DNA of 64,000 nucleotides from Escherichia coli (GTDB lineage Bacteria; Pseudomonadota; Gammaproteobacteria; Enterobacterales; Enterobacteriaceae): NCBI RefSeq assembly GCF_048403405.1, contig NZ_CP183129.1; one strand, 5' to 3'. Shown piece by piece: positions 43,035 to 56,473 of this stretch (position 1 is its first letter; each line of letters starts with the position of its first letter). The notes under the pieces were generated by a model. It saw only the letters and a program-made list of their open reading frames with translations, ran no database searches and was not told where the DNA came from. The position numbers and the translations under genes were made by a program.

Positions 43035-43412
43035 TTAGTCATACTGTATTTGCGGAGAAACTGTTGATAAAACATCAATAACATCATTTGACGTGGCAAT
43101 GACATAATGCTCGATCACATTATTTTTATAAATTTCACAACTTTGCATAGTAAACCATGCAAAGTAGGCGGAATTCACTACTCTATAGATCCCCGTTTGG
43201 TTAATACCGTGAATTCCTGACATTCCTAACAAATCACCTTCGTCAGTAACACGAAATGAATGTATCCAGTCAAATGATAACTTAACTTCTGACTTGATCG
43301 CCGGACATATGAGGGTAAGTTCAAGCCTGGCATTTTTATAGCTTAAATCTGATAGTTCGGCATTTTTAAAAGACAATGAAGTCGGAGTGATATTTATAAA
43401 ACATTCATCCAT
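43035..43412 (-). CDS. hypothetical small acidic protein (cassette gene C)
   Basis: 125 aa ORF with ATG and a Shine-Dalgarno (GAAGGGG) 9 nt upstream; AT-rich; no family recognised. Confidence 0.55.
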   Translation of the reverse strand: MDECFINITPTSLSFKNAELSDLSYKNARLELTLICPAIKSEVKLSFDWIHSFRVTDEGDLLGMSGIHGINQTGIYRVVNSAYFAWFTMQSCEIYKNNVIEHYVIATSNDVIDVLSTVSPQIQYD

Positions 43413-43531
43413 GTTAATACCCCTTCATATATGAGACTGCTCTCGATAGACGACACATTAACCTTCTGCAAAAACGGTGCGAGTCTGTTTACGTACCATG
43501 TATAATCGATGGACATTACTGTGATTTGAAA

Positions 43532-43981
43532 TTACCTTGTCCAGTCATCAACCATTTTTTTCAGGGGGAACATCTGCAATACATTCATTAATGCGAAATA
43601 TAATTCCCCCTGTGGCACCAATATTCTAATCTTCTCATCCCCTAAAATGAAAAATTGCAATTGACGTTTGAAACCTAATGTTTTATCTTCAGGTAATTCA
43701 GCTTGTATTTTTTTATTGATATCATCAAGGTAGATGTGATGACAATACTCATCAAACATACTCATTACTTCCAGACCGTTTACAGATGTCCATCTTTGTT
43801 CACTTTCCCAATAAACAAGAACCGGTTTGCGGCAGGTATATCTGCCTAAAAAGCGCTGAATGTGTTCTTCCTGATTCTCGTAAAATATTGCCTCTGCATT
43901 CGAGATTTGCCGACGCATTCGCCAGCGGATTTTTTCTTCATAAAAAGACAATTTGTCGCATTTGGTATTACTCAAATTCAT
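43532..43981 (-). CDS. hypothetical protein with E-x-C-H-H motif (cassette gene B)
   Basis: Track ORF 43532..43990 (TTG); more likely ATG at 43979-43981 (MNLSNTKCDK..), 149 aa; contains EYCHHIY; overlaps the upstream ORF end by 14 nt; no family recognised. Confidence 0.55.
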   Translation of the reverse strand: MNLSNTKCDKLSFYEEKIRWRMRRQISNAEAIFYENQEEHIQRFLGRYTCRKPVLVYWESEQRWTSVNGLEVMSMFDEYCHHIYLDDINKKIQAELPEDKTLGFKRQLQFFILGDEKIRILVPQGELYFALMNVLQMFPLKKMVDDWTR

Positions 43982-44445
43982 TGTCAACAACTCGCATGGT
44001 TTTAAATATAAAATTTAAAAAACCGCCAAACAAATGAAGTGAAATTTCATACTTCTTTGCCTTATAAACAATTACCGCATCTTTAATATTACCTGCATTT
44101 TGGTTATCTATAAGTTCAGCAATATCCATAACCTGCGATAAATGTTCCACTCCCGTAAACTCGAACCTTTTTCGTTCCCTTCCGGCTGTAAATTCATCAA
44201 CATAAAGTTCTGCCGTCAATATAAAATTATACTCGGTGTGGTGACATTCCATTCTGGTTTCTACTAAAACACCATCATGCCAGATAATATTGTCTAAATT
44301 TTTCATACTATTAATCCAATCCATTACTTTCTGATAAAATTTCCTCTGGAAGTTTTTCATAGAAAGAGATTAAAGCCTGACCGACGCAATCAAGCTCTAT
44401 TATTCGCTCATAATACGATCTCATTAAAATATCATGCTTACTCAT
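43968..44445 (-). pseudogene. frameshifted paralogue of cassette gene B (small ORF 44311-44445 plus ORF 43968-44360)
   Basis: 44-aa ORF with Shine-Dalgarno (AGGA) MSKHDILMRSYYERIIELDCVGQALISFYEKLPEEIL.. resembles the gene B N-terminus (TKCDKLSFYEEKI..AIFYENQEE); the +1-frame 130-aa ORF resembles the gene B C-terminus, including MECHHTEY versus EYCHHIY. Confidence 0.45.
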
Positions 44446-44532
44446 TGCAATACGTCCTGTTTACCATGGGCAGAGTATGAATGTAACTTATGTAAAATAG
44501 TACCGCCCTTGCTATTTTTCAGAATTCATAAA

Positions 44533-44565
44533 GAAAAAACCCGGCGCTAAATGCTTACCGGGTTT
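44533..44565 (-). terminator. rho-independent terminator of hrpA
   Basis: Minus strand reads AACCCGG-loop-CCGGGTT followed by TTTTTTC, 25 nt past the hrpA stop. Confidence 0.55.
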
Positions 44566-44590
44566 TAGATTTATCAGGCAAATAGCAGTG

Positions 44591-47500
44591 TTAACCGCTA
44601 ATCTGCTCCATCGCCTGCAAAATACGCTTATCTGAAATCGGATAAGGCGTACCAAGTTGTTGAGCGAAGTAACTAACGCGCAACTCTTCTATCATCCAAC
44701 GGATCTCTTTCACGTCTTCATCCTCACGACGTGCGGGCGGCAGTTTGTTGATCCATTGCTGCCACGCCTGCTGGACATTTTCGACTTTCAGCATCTGAGC
44801 ACGGTCGCGATGTGGGTCAACCGCCAGTTTTTCCAGCCGTTTTTCAATCGCCTGCAAATAACGCAGCGTGTCGCCCAACCGTTTGAAGCCGTTACTAGTG
44901 ACAAAACCGCGATATACCAACCCGCCCATCTGCGCTTTAATGTCAGAAAGCCCCAGCGCCATGGTCATATCCACCCGCCCTTTCAGACGTTTATTGATAT
45001 TGAACACCGCAGTAAGGATTTGCTCGACCTGCTTCGCAATATCCACCACCGTGTCGTTCAGTTCAGCGCGGACTTTTTCATGCAGCGCAGCAAAACCTTC
45101 TTCCGTCCAGACCGGGCCACCATTGGCGTCGATCAGTTGATCCACACCGCAGGAGATACAGTCGTCGATCAGCTCCAGCACTTTGCCATACGGGTTAAAG
45201 TACAGCCCCAGCTTGGCTTTGTTTGGCAACTTCTCATGCAAATATTTGATTGGCGAGGGAATATTCAGCAGCAGTAGACGGCGAAGACCGTTCCACATTG
45301 CCTGCTTTTGTTCCAGCGGATTATCAAACAGTTTGATCGCCACGCTGTCGCGTTCATCCACTAGCGCTGGCCACGCCTTCACTTTATAGTTGCCACGCTT
45401 CTGTTCGTAGCTTTCCGGCAGCTGACCAAAACTCCAGATATGTAAGCCGCTCTGCTCGATACCGTCATCCGCCACCGCAGACAGCGTTTCCTGCACTTTG
45501 CCTTTCAGCGCATCTTTCAGATCTTGTAGAGAGCGCCCTTCTTTTAGCTTCTTGTTTTTGTCATCCACCACACGGAAGGTGATTTTCAGGTGATCGGGCA
45601 CCTGATCCCAGTGCCAGTCTTCGCGGTCAACGGTGACGCCAGTCATCCGCCGTAGCTCTCGTTCAAGGCTGTCGAGCAACGGCAATTCCAGCGGTGTGAC
45701 GCGGCCTAAAAAAGCTTCGGCGTAGTTTGGCGCGGGCACAAAATTACGCCGTACCGGTTTCGGCAACGATTTAATCAGAGCAATCACCAGTTCGCGGCGC
45801 AGACCGGGGATCTGCCACTCAAATCCGCTCTCCTCCACCTGGTTAAGTAACGGCAGCGGGATATGTACCGTCACGCCGTCCGCATCCGCCCCTGGCTCAA
45901 ACTGATAACTCAAACGCAGCTTGAGATTGCCCTGATGCCAGAAGTTCGGGTAATCCAGCTTGCTGATCTTTTCCGCCCCTTCTTTGATCAACATGCTCTT
46001 TTCAAAGTTGAGCAAATCAGGCGTTTCGCGGCTGACTTTTTTCCACCAGCTGTCGAAGTGACGTGCGGAGATCACATCGTGGCTGATGCGCTGGTCGTAA
46101 AACTCAAACAGCGTTTCGTCATCCACCAGAATATCGCGGCGACGTGTTTTGTGTTCCAGTTCTTCCACTTCGGCCCGTAGTTTCAGGTTTTCACGGAAGA
46201 ATGCGTGACGCGTCTGCCAGTCACCTTCCACCAGCGCGTGGCGAATAAAGAGTTCACGACATAACGCCGGATCGATCTGGCTGTAGTTGACCTTGCGCGC
46301 GGCAACAATCGGCAAGCCATAAACAGTGACTTTTTCCGTTGCCATCACCGCGCCCTGCGCCCGTTCCCAGTGCGGTTCGCTGTAGATGCGTTTAATCAAA
46401 TGCTGAGCAACTGGCTCCACCCATTCTGGATCGATGCGTGCCGCAATGCGCCCCCACAGGCGGCTGGTTTCTACCAGTTCCGCCACCATTACCCATTTCG
46501 GCGGCTTTTTAAATAAGCCGGAACCGGGGAAAATGGAGAAACGCGCGTTACGTGCGCCGGTATATTCTTGTTTATCGGCATCTTTCATGCCGATATGGGA
46601 AAGCAAACCGGTCAGTAAGGCGATGTGAATTTCGCGATACTCCGCCGGTTCGCTGTTAACCGGAATGCCAAGTTCTTTTACCACCTGGCGCAACTGGGTG
46701 TAGATATCCTGCCATTCGCGCACGCGCAGATAGTTGAGATAATCGGTACGACACAGGCGACGGAAAGCGTTGGAAGAAAGCGCCTTTTGCTGCTCGCCAA
46801 GATAATTCCACAGATTTACAAACGCGAGGAAGTCGGATTCTTTGTCGTGGAAGCGACGATGTTTTTCGTCCGATGCCTGCTGTTTGTCCATCGGTCGTTC
46901 GCGCGGATCCTGGATGGAGAGCGCGGACGTGATAATCATCGCCTCACGCACGCAGCCATGTTTTTGCGCTTCCAGCACCATACGCGCCAGACGAGGATCG
47001 ACAGGCAATTGCGAAAGCTGGCGACCGAGCGGCGTCAGTTTATAGGCGCTGGCCTGTTCATCAGTGGTGATCGCGCCCAGCTCTTCGAGCAGACGCACGC
47101 CATCCTGGATATTACGTTTATCCGGTGCTTCGACAAATGGGAACGCGGCGATATCGCCCAACCCCAGCGCGGTCATCTGTAAAATAACCGAGGCCAGGTT
47201 GGTACGCAGAATCTCCGGATCGGTAAACTCCGGGCGCGAGAGGAAATCGTCTTCGGAATAGAGACGAATACAGATCCCTTCGGACACACGACCACAGCGG
47301 CCTTTACGCTGGTTGGCAGACGCCTGCGAAATGGGCTCAATCGGCAAACGCTGCACTTTGGTGCGATAGCTGTAGCGGCTGATACGCGCCGTACCTGGGT
47401 CGATAACGTATTTAATCCCCGGTACGGTCAGCGACGTTTCCGCGACGTTGGTCGCCAGCACAATGCGCCGTCCACTGTGCGACTGGAACACGCGGTTCTG

Positions 47501-48493
47501 TTCGCTGTTCGAAAGCCGCGCATAAAGCGGCAAGATTTCGGTATGGCGTAAGTTCAGCTTGTTCAGCGCATCGGCGGTATCGCGAATTTCCCGCTCACCG
47601 CTCATAAAGATCAGAATGTCGCCGGGACTTTCCTGGCTCAGTTCGTCTACGGCGTCAAAAATCGCCTGCAACTGATCGCGCTCGGTGTCATCGGCTTCTT
47701 CAACAATCGGGCGATAGCGCACTTCCACCGGATAGGTCCGACCGGAGACTTCGATAATCGGCGCATTATTAAAGTGGCGCGAAAAGCGTTCCGGGTCGAT
47801 AGTCGCGGAAGTGATAATGATTTTTAGGTCAGGACGCCGCGGTAGCAACTCTTTCAAATAGCCGAGCAGAAAATCGATATTCAGGCTGCGTTCGTGCGCT
47901 TCGTCAATAATGATAGTGTCGTACTGCATCAGCAGGCGGTCTTGCTGGATCTCCGCCAGCAGGATACCGTCGGTCATCAGCTTGACCATCGTGTTATCAC
48001 TAACGTGATCACTGAAACGCACTTTGTAACCGATGCAACCGCCCGGCTCCGTTTTCAGCTCTTCCGCAATACGGTTCGCCACCGTTCGTGCCGCCAGGCG
48101 ACGCGGCTGGGTATGGCCGATCAGCCCTTTAATCCCGCGCCCCAGTTCCATACAGATTTTCGGTAGCTGAGTCGTCTTACCGGAACCGGTTTCCCCGGCG
48201 ACGATCACCACCTGGTGATCACGAATCGCTTCGAGAATGTCCTTCTTTTTCTGACTAACTGGCAAATTGTCGGGATAAGTGATTTCCGGTCGTGCCGCTT
48301 CACGCAGCAGGACTTTCCCTGCCGCCTGGTCAATCTCTTTCGCCATCTCCTGGAAAATGGCCTGTTGTGCATCAGGATTTTTAACCTTCTTCACACCGTG
48401 CAGACGGCGTAAAAAACGCTGTCTGTCGCGCAGCATCAGCGAATCCAGCCGCTGCTGCAAGGCTGTAAAGGTCAATTTTTGTTGTTCTGTCAT
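44591..48493 (-). CDS. hrpA: ATP-dependent RNA helicase HrpA (DEAH-box)
   Basis: 1300 aa; Walker A GETGSGKTTQ, DEAH box (IIIDEAHERS), helicase motifs. Confidence 0.95.
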   Translation of the reverse strand: MTEQQKLTFTALQQRLDSLMLRDRQRFLRRLHGVKKVKNPDAQQAIFQEMAKEIDQAAGKVLLREAARPEITYPDNLPVSQKKKDILEAIRDHQVVIVAGETGSGKTTQLPKICMELGRGIKGLIGHTQPRRLAARTVANRIAEELKTEPGGCIGYKVRFSDHVSDNTMVKLMTDGILLAEIQQDRLLMQYDTIIIDEAHERSLNIDFLLGYLKELLPRRPDLKIIITSATIDPERFSRHFNNAPIIEVSGRTYPVEVRYRPIVEEADDTERDQLQAIFDAVDELSQESPGDILIFMSGEREIRDTADALNKLNLRHTEILPLYARLSNSEQNRVFQSHSGRRIVLATNVAETSLTVPGIKYVIDPGTARISRYSYRTKVQRLPIEPISQASANQRKGRCGRVSEGICIRLYSEDDFLSRPEFTDPEILRTNLASVILQMTALGLGDIAAFPFVEAPDKRNIQDGVRLLEELGAITTDEQASAYKLTPLGRQLSQLPVDPRLARMVLEAQKHGCVREAMIITSALSIQDPRERPMDKQQASDEKHRRFHDKESDFLAFVNLWNYLGEQQKALSSNAFRRLCRTDYLNYLRVREWQDIYTQLRQVVKELGIPVNSEPAEYREIHIALLTGLLSHIGMKDADKQEYTGARNARFSIFPGSGLFKKPPKWVMVAELVETSRLWGRIAARIDPEWVEPVAQHLIKRIYSEPHWERAQGAVMATEKVTVYGLPIVAARKVNYSQIDPALCRELFIRHALVEGDWQTRHAFFRENLKLRAEVEELEHKTRRRDILVDDETLFEFYDQRISHDVISARHFDSWWKKVSRETPDLLNFEKSMLIKEGAEKISKLDYPNFWHQGNLKLRLSYQFEPGADADGVTVHIPLPLLNQVEESGFEWQIPGLRRELVIALIKSLPKPVRRNFVPAPNYAEAFLGRVTPLELPLLDSLERELRRMTGVTVDREDWHWDQVPDHLKITFRVVDDKNKKLKEGRSLQDLKDALKGKVQETLSAVADDGIEQSGLHIWSFGQLPESYEQKRGNYKVKAWPALVDERDSVAIKLFDNPLEQKQAMWNGLRRLLLLNIPSPIKYLHEKLPNKAKLGLYFNPYGKVLELIDDCISCGVDQLIDANGGPVWTEEGFAALHEKVRAELNDTVVDIAKQVEQILTAVFNINKRLKGRVDMTMALGLSDIKAQMGGLVYRGFVTSNGFKRLGDTLRYLQAIEKRLEKLAVDPHRDRAQMLKVENVQQAWQQWINKLPPARREDEDVKEIRWMIEELRVSYFAQQLGTPYPISDKRILQAMEQISG

Positions 48494-48684
48494 AACGTTA
48501 GTGGGCAGTAGTCTGCCTGATTAATTTTCTTTTAAATGATAGATATAGAGTACCACATCGCGGCTTTCTATGCGTTGTTCAATAAATTCGAACATAGGCT
48601 TCGATTTATTGCGCTATCTCTGTGGCAGGATTGTGAATAAAGTGTCAGCAAGCAACGGGGCATCGCCCATTCAAACATCTATAA

Positions 48685-49299
<615 letters not shown>

Positions 49300-49313
49300 C
49301 CGGACACGGTCTT

Positions 49314-49343
49314 GATGTGGACTGTAGATATTCAGTCCACATC
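49314..49343. terminator. bidirectional hairpin between convergent azoR and ynbD
   Basis: 10-bp stem GATGTGGACT / AGTCCACATC with 10-nt loop. Confidence 0.6.
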
Positions 49344-49352
49344 TCAATCCGC

Positions 49353-52416
<3,064 letters not shown>

Positions 52417-52431
52417 TTTCTCTATTTTCCT

Positions 52432-53328
52432 TCAGTAACAGCAGTAGCGAATAAAATAAAAAAATACCGGAGCGGTGAAAATTAATGAGTCAATCCTGTC
52501 AAGGAGTCCGCCATGTCCTGGTAATAGTTTTCCACTATCTTTAACACCAATATCTCGTTTGATGGCTGACATCACTACATCGCCGCAAAAACCACTAATA
52601 CCAATTAACAAACCCGTTAATAATGCCTGTAATGTATTTACCGGTGTCAGTAACGGTCCAATAATCAGTGACACAATCATGGTAGTGATTACGCCCCCCA
52701 CCAGACCTTCCAGCGTTTTTCCCGGGCTGACTTTGGGGACCACTTTTCTTCTGCCGCAGGATTTCCCCCATAAATACTGTGCAATATCGTTTGACTCGGT
52801 TAATGCCAAAAGAAATAACACCAGTAACGCCTCGCCCTGGATATTTATGGTTGGCAACATTAACAACCAGGCGGCATGACTCAAGGCGAAAACGATCATT
52901 ATCCAGCCCCAAAAAATGGCGCTCACAGTATGCAGAAAACCGGAGGGGTCCCCCACAAAAACTTGCCCGGTGGCTAATATCAGAAACCCAGCCAAAGGTA
53001 TAAATAACAGATACAGCTCAAAGCAATTAAAACCGATAAACAAATAGTTAAGAGGAATACCCCAATATAACCAACGCGGAAAATGTACAGATATAAGCGT
53101 ACAATATTCTTTCAATGCCAGAAAACTTATCAGCGCAAAAAACGTCAACGTCATCCAGCGTGGACCTGAAATCACCATTGAAAAACAAATGACGATGCCC
53201 CACCAGGTACGAATACGTAATGTAACTTCATCCCCTTTTCTCTCCGGTAACCGCCATATCAGAAAACGGTTTATCAGCGTTGCTAAAATTAACAACGCGA
53301 AAAGTGTTGCCAGAGATTTTTCCAGCAT
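52432..53328 (-). CDS. ynbB: CDP-diglyceride synthetase-like membrane protein YnbB
   Basis: 298 aa polytopic protein resembling phosphatidate cytidylyltransferase (CdsA) C-terminus. Confidence 0.85.
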   Translation of the reverse strand: MLEKSLATLFALLILATLINRFLIWRLPERKGDEVTLRIRTWWGIVICFSMVISGPRWMTLTFFALISFLALKEYCTLISVHFPRWLYWGIPLNYLFIGFNCFELYLLFIPLAGFLILATGQVFVGDPSGFLHTVSAIFWGWIMIVFALSHAAWLLMLPTINIQGEALLVLFLLALTESNDIAQYLWGKSCGRRKVVPKVSPGKTLEGLVGGVITTMIVSLIIGPLLTPVNTLQALLTGLLIGISGFCGDVVMSAIKRDIGVKDSGKLLPGHGGLLDRIDSLIFTAPVFFYFIRYCCY

Positions 53329-53933
53329 TATCTTTCAGCACTCATCAGGAGCACACTCCGACAACGATTAATCGCAGTCCAGATAAGCAGAATTGAAGCA
53401 ATGCCCCATAAAAGATTATTCCATTGCATCCACTGTGGATAAATGGCAACGGCCAGCCCCCACAACCCAAATATTAACGCACGATCGCTTTTGCCGAATG
53501 GACCGGCATAACTGCGAATACCGTTAATCGTCTGCGCGAGTAAACCGCAAAACTCAGTCAATATGGTGCAAAATAACATGAGTATTACGAGTGGTGCGTT
53601 TCTTTCCGGTAAAAATAAAAACGGTAAATAGAGCGCAATATCGGAAATAACATCGCCAGTTTCATTCAAAATCGCCCCCAGACGTGTTTGCTGATTGCAC
53701 TCACGCGCCAACATGCCATCCAGCGCATTGAGCGCCATACGGATAAAAAGTACGATGGGCAATAGCAAAAAGAGGATGGGTTGTGCGACCAACATCAACA
53801 GCAATCCGGTAAAAAGAGAAAGCGCCAGTGCAGTAAGAGTGATGTGATTCGCTGTAACATGGTGCTTATAAAGCCAAAACATCGTCGGTCTTAACAGCGT
53901 CTGAAAGAGCGGTTTTATCTGGTAGAGCGTCAT
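53328..53933 (-). CDS. ynbA: CDP-alcohol phosphatidyltransferase family protein YnbA
   Basis: Track ORF 53328..53939 trimmed to the MTLYQIKP.. Met (201 aa); CDP-alcohol phosphatidyltransferase D-G-x2-A-R..G..D motif (NALDGMLARECNQQTRLGAILNETGDVISD). Confidence 0.85.
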   Translation of the reverse strand: MTLYQIKPLFQTLLRPTMFWLYKHHVTANHITLTALALSLFTGLLLMLVAQPILFLLLPIVLFIRMALNALDGMLARECNQQTRLGAILNETGDVISDIALYLPFLFLPERNAPLVILMLFCTILTEFCGLLAQTINGIRSYAGPFGKSDRALIFGLWGLAVAIYPQWMQWNNLLWGIASILLIWTAINRCRSVLLMSAER

Positions 53934-54103
53934 TATCAATCCTTGATAATTCTGTTTGCGCTATGGTGCATCAATTGCCCTGACAGAGATATCGCAACAC
54001 GCCGCTTCATTAAAAATTCAGAATATATCAAGGTATTGGGGACTCACCGTCAGGAATGCTTATCCCCAATAAATCAAGTGGTTAAAAATTATCACGCTGT
54101 TAT

Positions 54104-56410
54104 TCAATACAACTCATCAAGTTTTCTCATCGCTTGTTCCCGTATTGCGCGCGTCTTACCGTTAAGCGCCAGCTGCCGAACTAAATCCAGTTCAGGGTTA
54201 ACAAGCTCTAACGCCAGCAAAGGATCACGTTTCAGCCTCGCCTTTAATATATCAACTGGAAAACGGGGATTATTCATCGCCACAATCCACCACTCGGGAT
54301 CAATTTCTGCCGCCAGTACTGCAGGCGGTGTGTGGTGGTTGTTAAGTGCGCCGAACTTGAAAAATGTGAGATTGCTTTTCGCCAGTGTACTCCACCATAT
54401 ACGATCCGGTTGTTTTGCCAGTTTATCCAGTTGTGCTAATGCATCGGGGTCAAGTGCATAATAAACACGTAACGCTTCGTTAACCTGCGCACGAGAGCTG
54501 TTTTCCTGCCTCAGAAAAAACTTCGCCCAAATATCATTGCGTGGTATATTTTGCTGTAATTCCTTGAGGACAACAGCGGGTAAATTATCCCAACTAACTA
54601 ATGCACTCTCTAAAAAGTCCCAGCCTTCCGAACGTATCAGAGAGGTGGCATTTAATAGCATCTGGTCATCAACTTCACCGTGGCTAATCAGCTCAGACAA
54701 AATCATATCAGCGCTGGTTTCATATGCTGCAGAATCTGCTTTCGGATTATTTTTCCGATGCGATAAAGCACGTTGCCAAATTTTTTGTTTCATCGACGTG
54801 CTCAGATACTGATTTTTCGCCAAATTACTCCACCCCTCAGGATCGTTGAAACGTGTCAATAACCGTTGTAAAGCAGCGTCAGAGTGAATTATCTGCATAT
54901 CCCGACAGCAAAAGTAGGCAGGGGATTTTTTCTCCATCCTTTTAACAAAATTAAACTGTAAGTTATCTGGCAACGCTAAAAATAACGTACCTATTAGATC
55001 ATCATCATTCTCGAATTTTTGGTATAAATATACTGCTATTTTGTGACTCTCTTGTGGCGTCATCCGCAACAATTGACCATGGTGTTTCATCTCTGCCAGC
55101 TTTGACGCTAAGCTTGTGACAACATCGTTTGATGAATCGTTCGCCAACTGCATTGCCTGATTGTAGCTGAGTTGTCCTCCAGCACCGACCTGACGAATAG
55201 AGGAATCATCTCTGCGGATATAGCCATCAATAATGGATTCGGGCAATAACCACGCATCTTTATAAAGCTCCTGAATGATCATATCCCAATCTCTTTTCGC
55301 CAGAGTCATGACGATATCCAGAGGGAGATTTTCACGTAGCGCAAGATTCAACGGACCGACACCATCAGGTAGATGACTCATTCGCGTCATTATTTCGACA
55401 GAGAGCGGTTCACGGTCGAGCAACCCCAGAACAACAGGCTGGTAACCCAATTGCTGATCGGTCAACTCCAGAATCTCATTGTCAGGCATATATCTCGCCA
55501 TACTTTCAATCGTTTGTTCATCATTGCTATTAATAAGTTGTTTGCGTAGGTTAGCTGAAATTCCTTTAAGCCTTGGGAGAGTTCGCATTATGGCAAGATC
55601 AAATGTCGCAATGTCTCGCCCTTCAAATGCAGCAACTTTGCCTTCATCCAGCATTTGCAATTCCTGCACTAATTCAGGTGAAGGCTTAGGGCGAAACAGC
55701 GCTTCTTTTTTCATCTGATTACAGACATTCCCTGCTATGCGAATATTGCTTCGCTTAAAAATTTCTTTCAGAGCATCTTCATCATTTATTAGGCCCCAAT
55801 AATATGCATCAGGATTTATTATCGTCAGCGCTTTTTTGACATTTTCAGTGTCATTTTTGTCTCCCGCACGGACCATGAATTCACTATTTGTCGAAGACAC
55901 AACAACAGGTGCAATTATGTCATTGATAAATATCCCGCGCGCATTAATACTTCCCTTAATCGTAGACGGATTATCGTAATATGAGTCGATAAATACCAGT
56001 CCACTTGCATTTATCGAACCGGTAATTAACAGTGGTGAATCCGTAACTATATTCGTTGCCGTCACGTTACCGAGAATAACCCATGGATTAGAAAGAGAGA
56101 AAGTGGAAATATTACCTTTGACTGTCAAATTGCCAAGAACAATCAATTTTTGATTACTCTCTATATTACCTTCTACCACTAAATCGCCACGATGCACTTT
56201 CCAGTCCGATGCAGATAAACCGAAGGGGACAAGATTCACGCTACTGTTGATAGCTTGTTCAACTTGTTGTTTATCTTCAGCGGTAGCCGCAGAAAAAAAT
56301 GGTTCAATATCAACTGCATTTGCAACACATCGAAGTTCCGCCTGTACTGGAAGACTCAGCATAAACAGGGGAAGTAAACCTATCCAGCTGCAAATCCTGG
56401 GCTTAAACAT
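54104..56410 (-). CDS. ydbD: large uncharacterised secreted protein YdbD
   Basis: Track ORF 54104..56416 (770 aa), trimmed two codons; signal peptide, N-terminal beta-helix-like repeats and a long helical C-terminus. Confidence 0.8.
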   Translation of the reverse strand: MFKPRICSWIGLLPLFMLSLPVQAELRCVANAVDIEPFFSAATAEDKQQVEQAINSSVNLVPFGLSASDWKVHRGDLVVEGNIESNQKLIVLGNLTVKGNISTFSLSNPWVILGNVTATNIVTDSPLLITGSINASGLVFIDSYYDNPSTIKGSINARGIFINDIIAPVVVSSTNSEFMVRAGDKNDTENVKKALTIINPDAYYWGLINDEDALKEIFKRSNIRIAGNVCNQMKKEALFRPKPSPELVQELQMLDEGKVAAFEGRDIATFDLAIMRTLPRLKGISANLRKQLINSNDEQTIESMARYMPDNEILELTDQQLGYQPVVLGLLDREPLSVEIMTRMSHLPDGVGPLNLALRENLPLDIVMTLAKRDWDMIIQELYKDAWLLPESIIDGYIRRDDSSIRQVGAGGQLSYNQAMQLANDSSNDVVTSLASKLAEMKHHGQLLRMTPQESHKIAVYLYQKFENDDDLIGTLFLALPDNLQFNFVKRMEKKSPAYFCCRDMQIIHSDAALQRLLTRFNDPEGWSNLAKNQYLSTSMKQKIWQRALSHRKNNPKADSAAYETSADMILSELISHGEVDDQMLLNATSLIRSEGWDFLESALVSWDNLPAVVLKELQQNIPRNDIWAKFFLRQENSSRAQVNEALRVYYALDPDALAQLDKLAKQPDRIWWSTLAKSNLTFFKFGALNNHHTPPAVLAAEIDPEWWIVAMNNPRFPVDILKARLKRDPLLALELVNPELDLVRQLALNGKTRAIREQAMRKLDELY

Positions 56411-56473
56411 ATGCACTCCATGCCATTAAAAAAGAAACAAAAGGGAAATGCATCTTTCCCTTTTGTATATTCG

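Noticed and set aside
44657-47182. Several plus-strand ORFs (44657..45277, 45863..46180, 46625..47182 and others)
   Set aside because: All antisense within the 1300-aa hrpA helicase frame.
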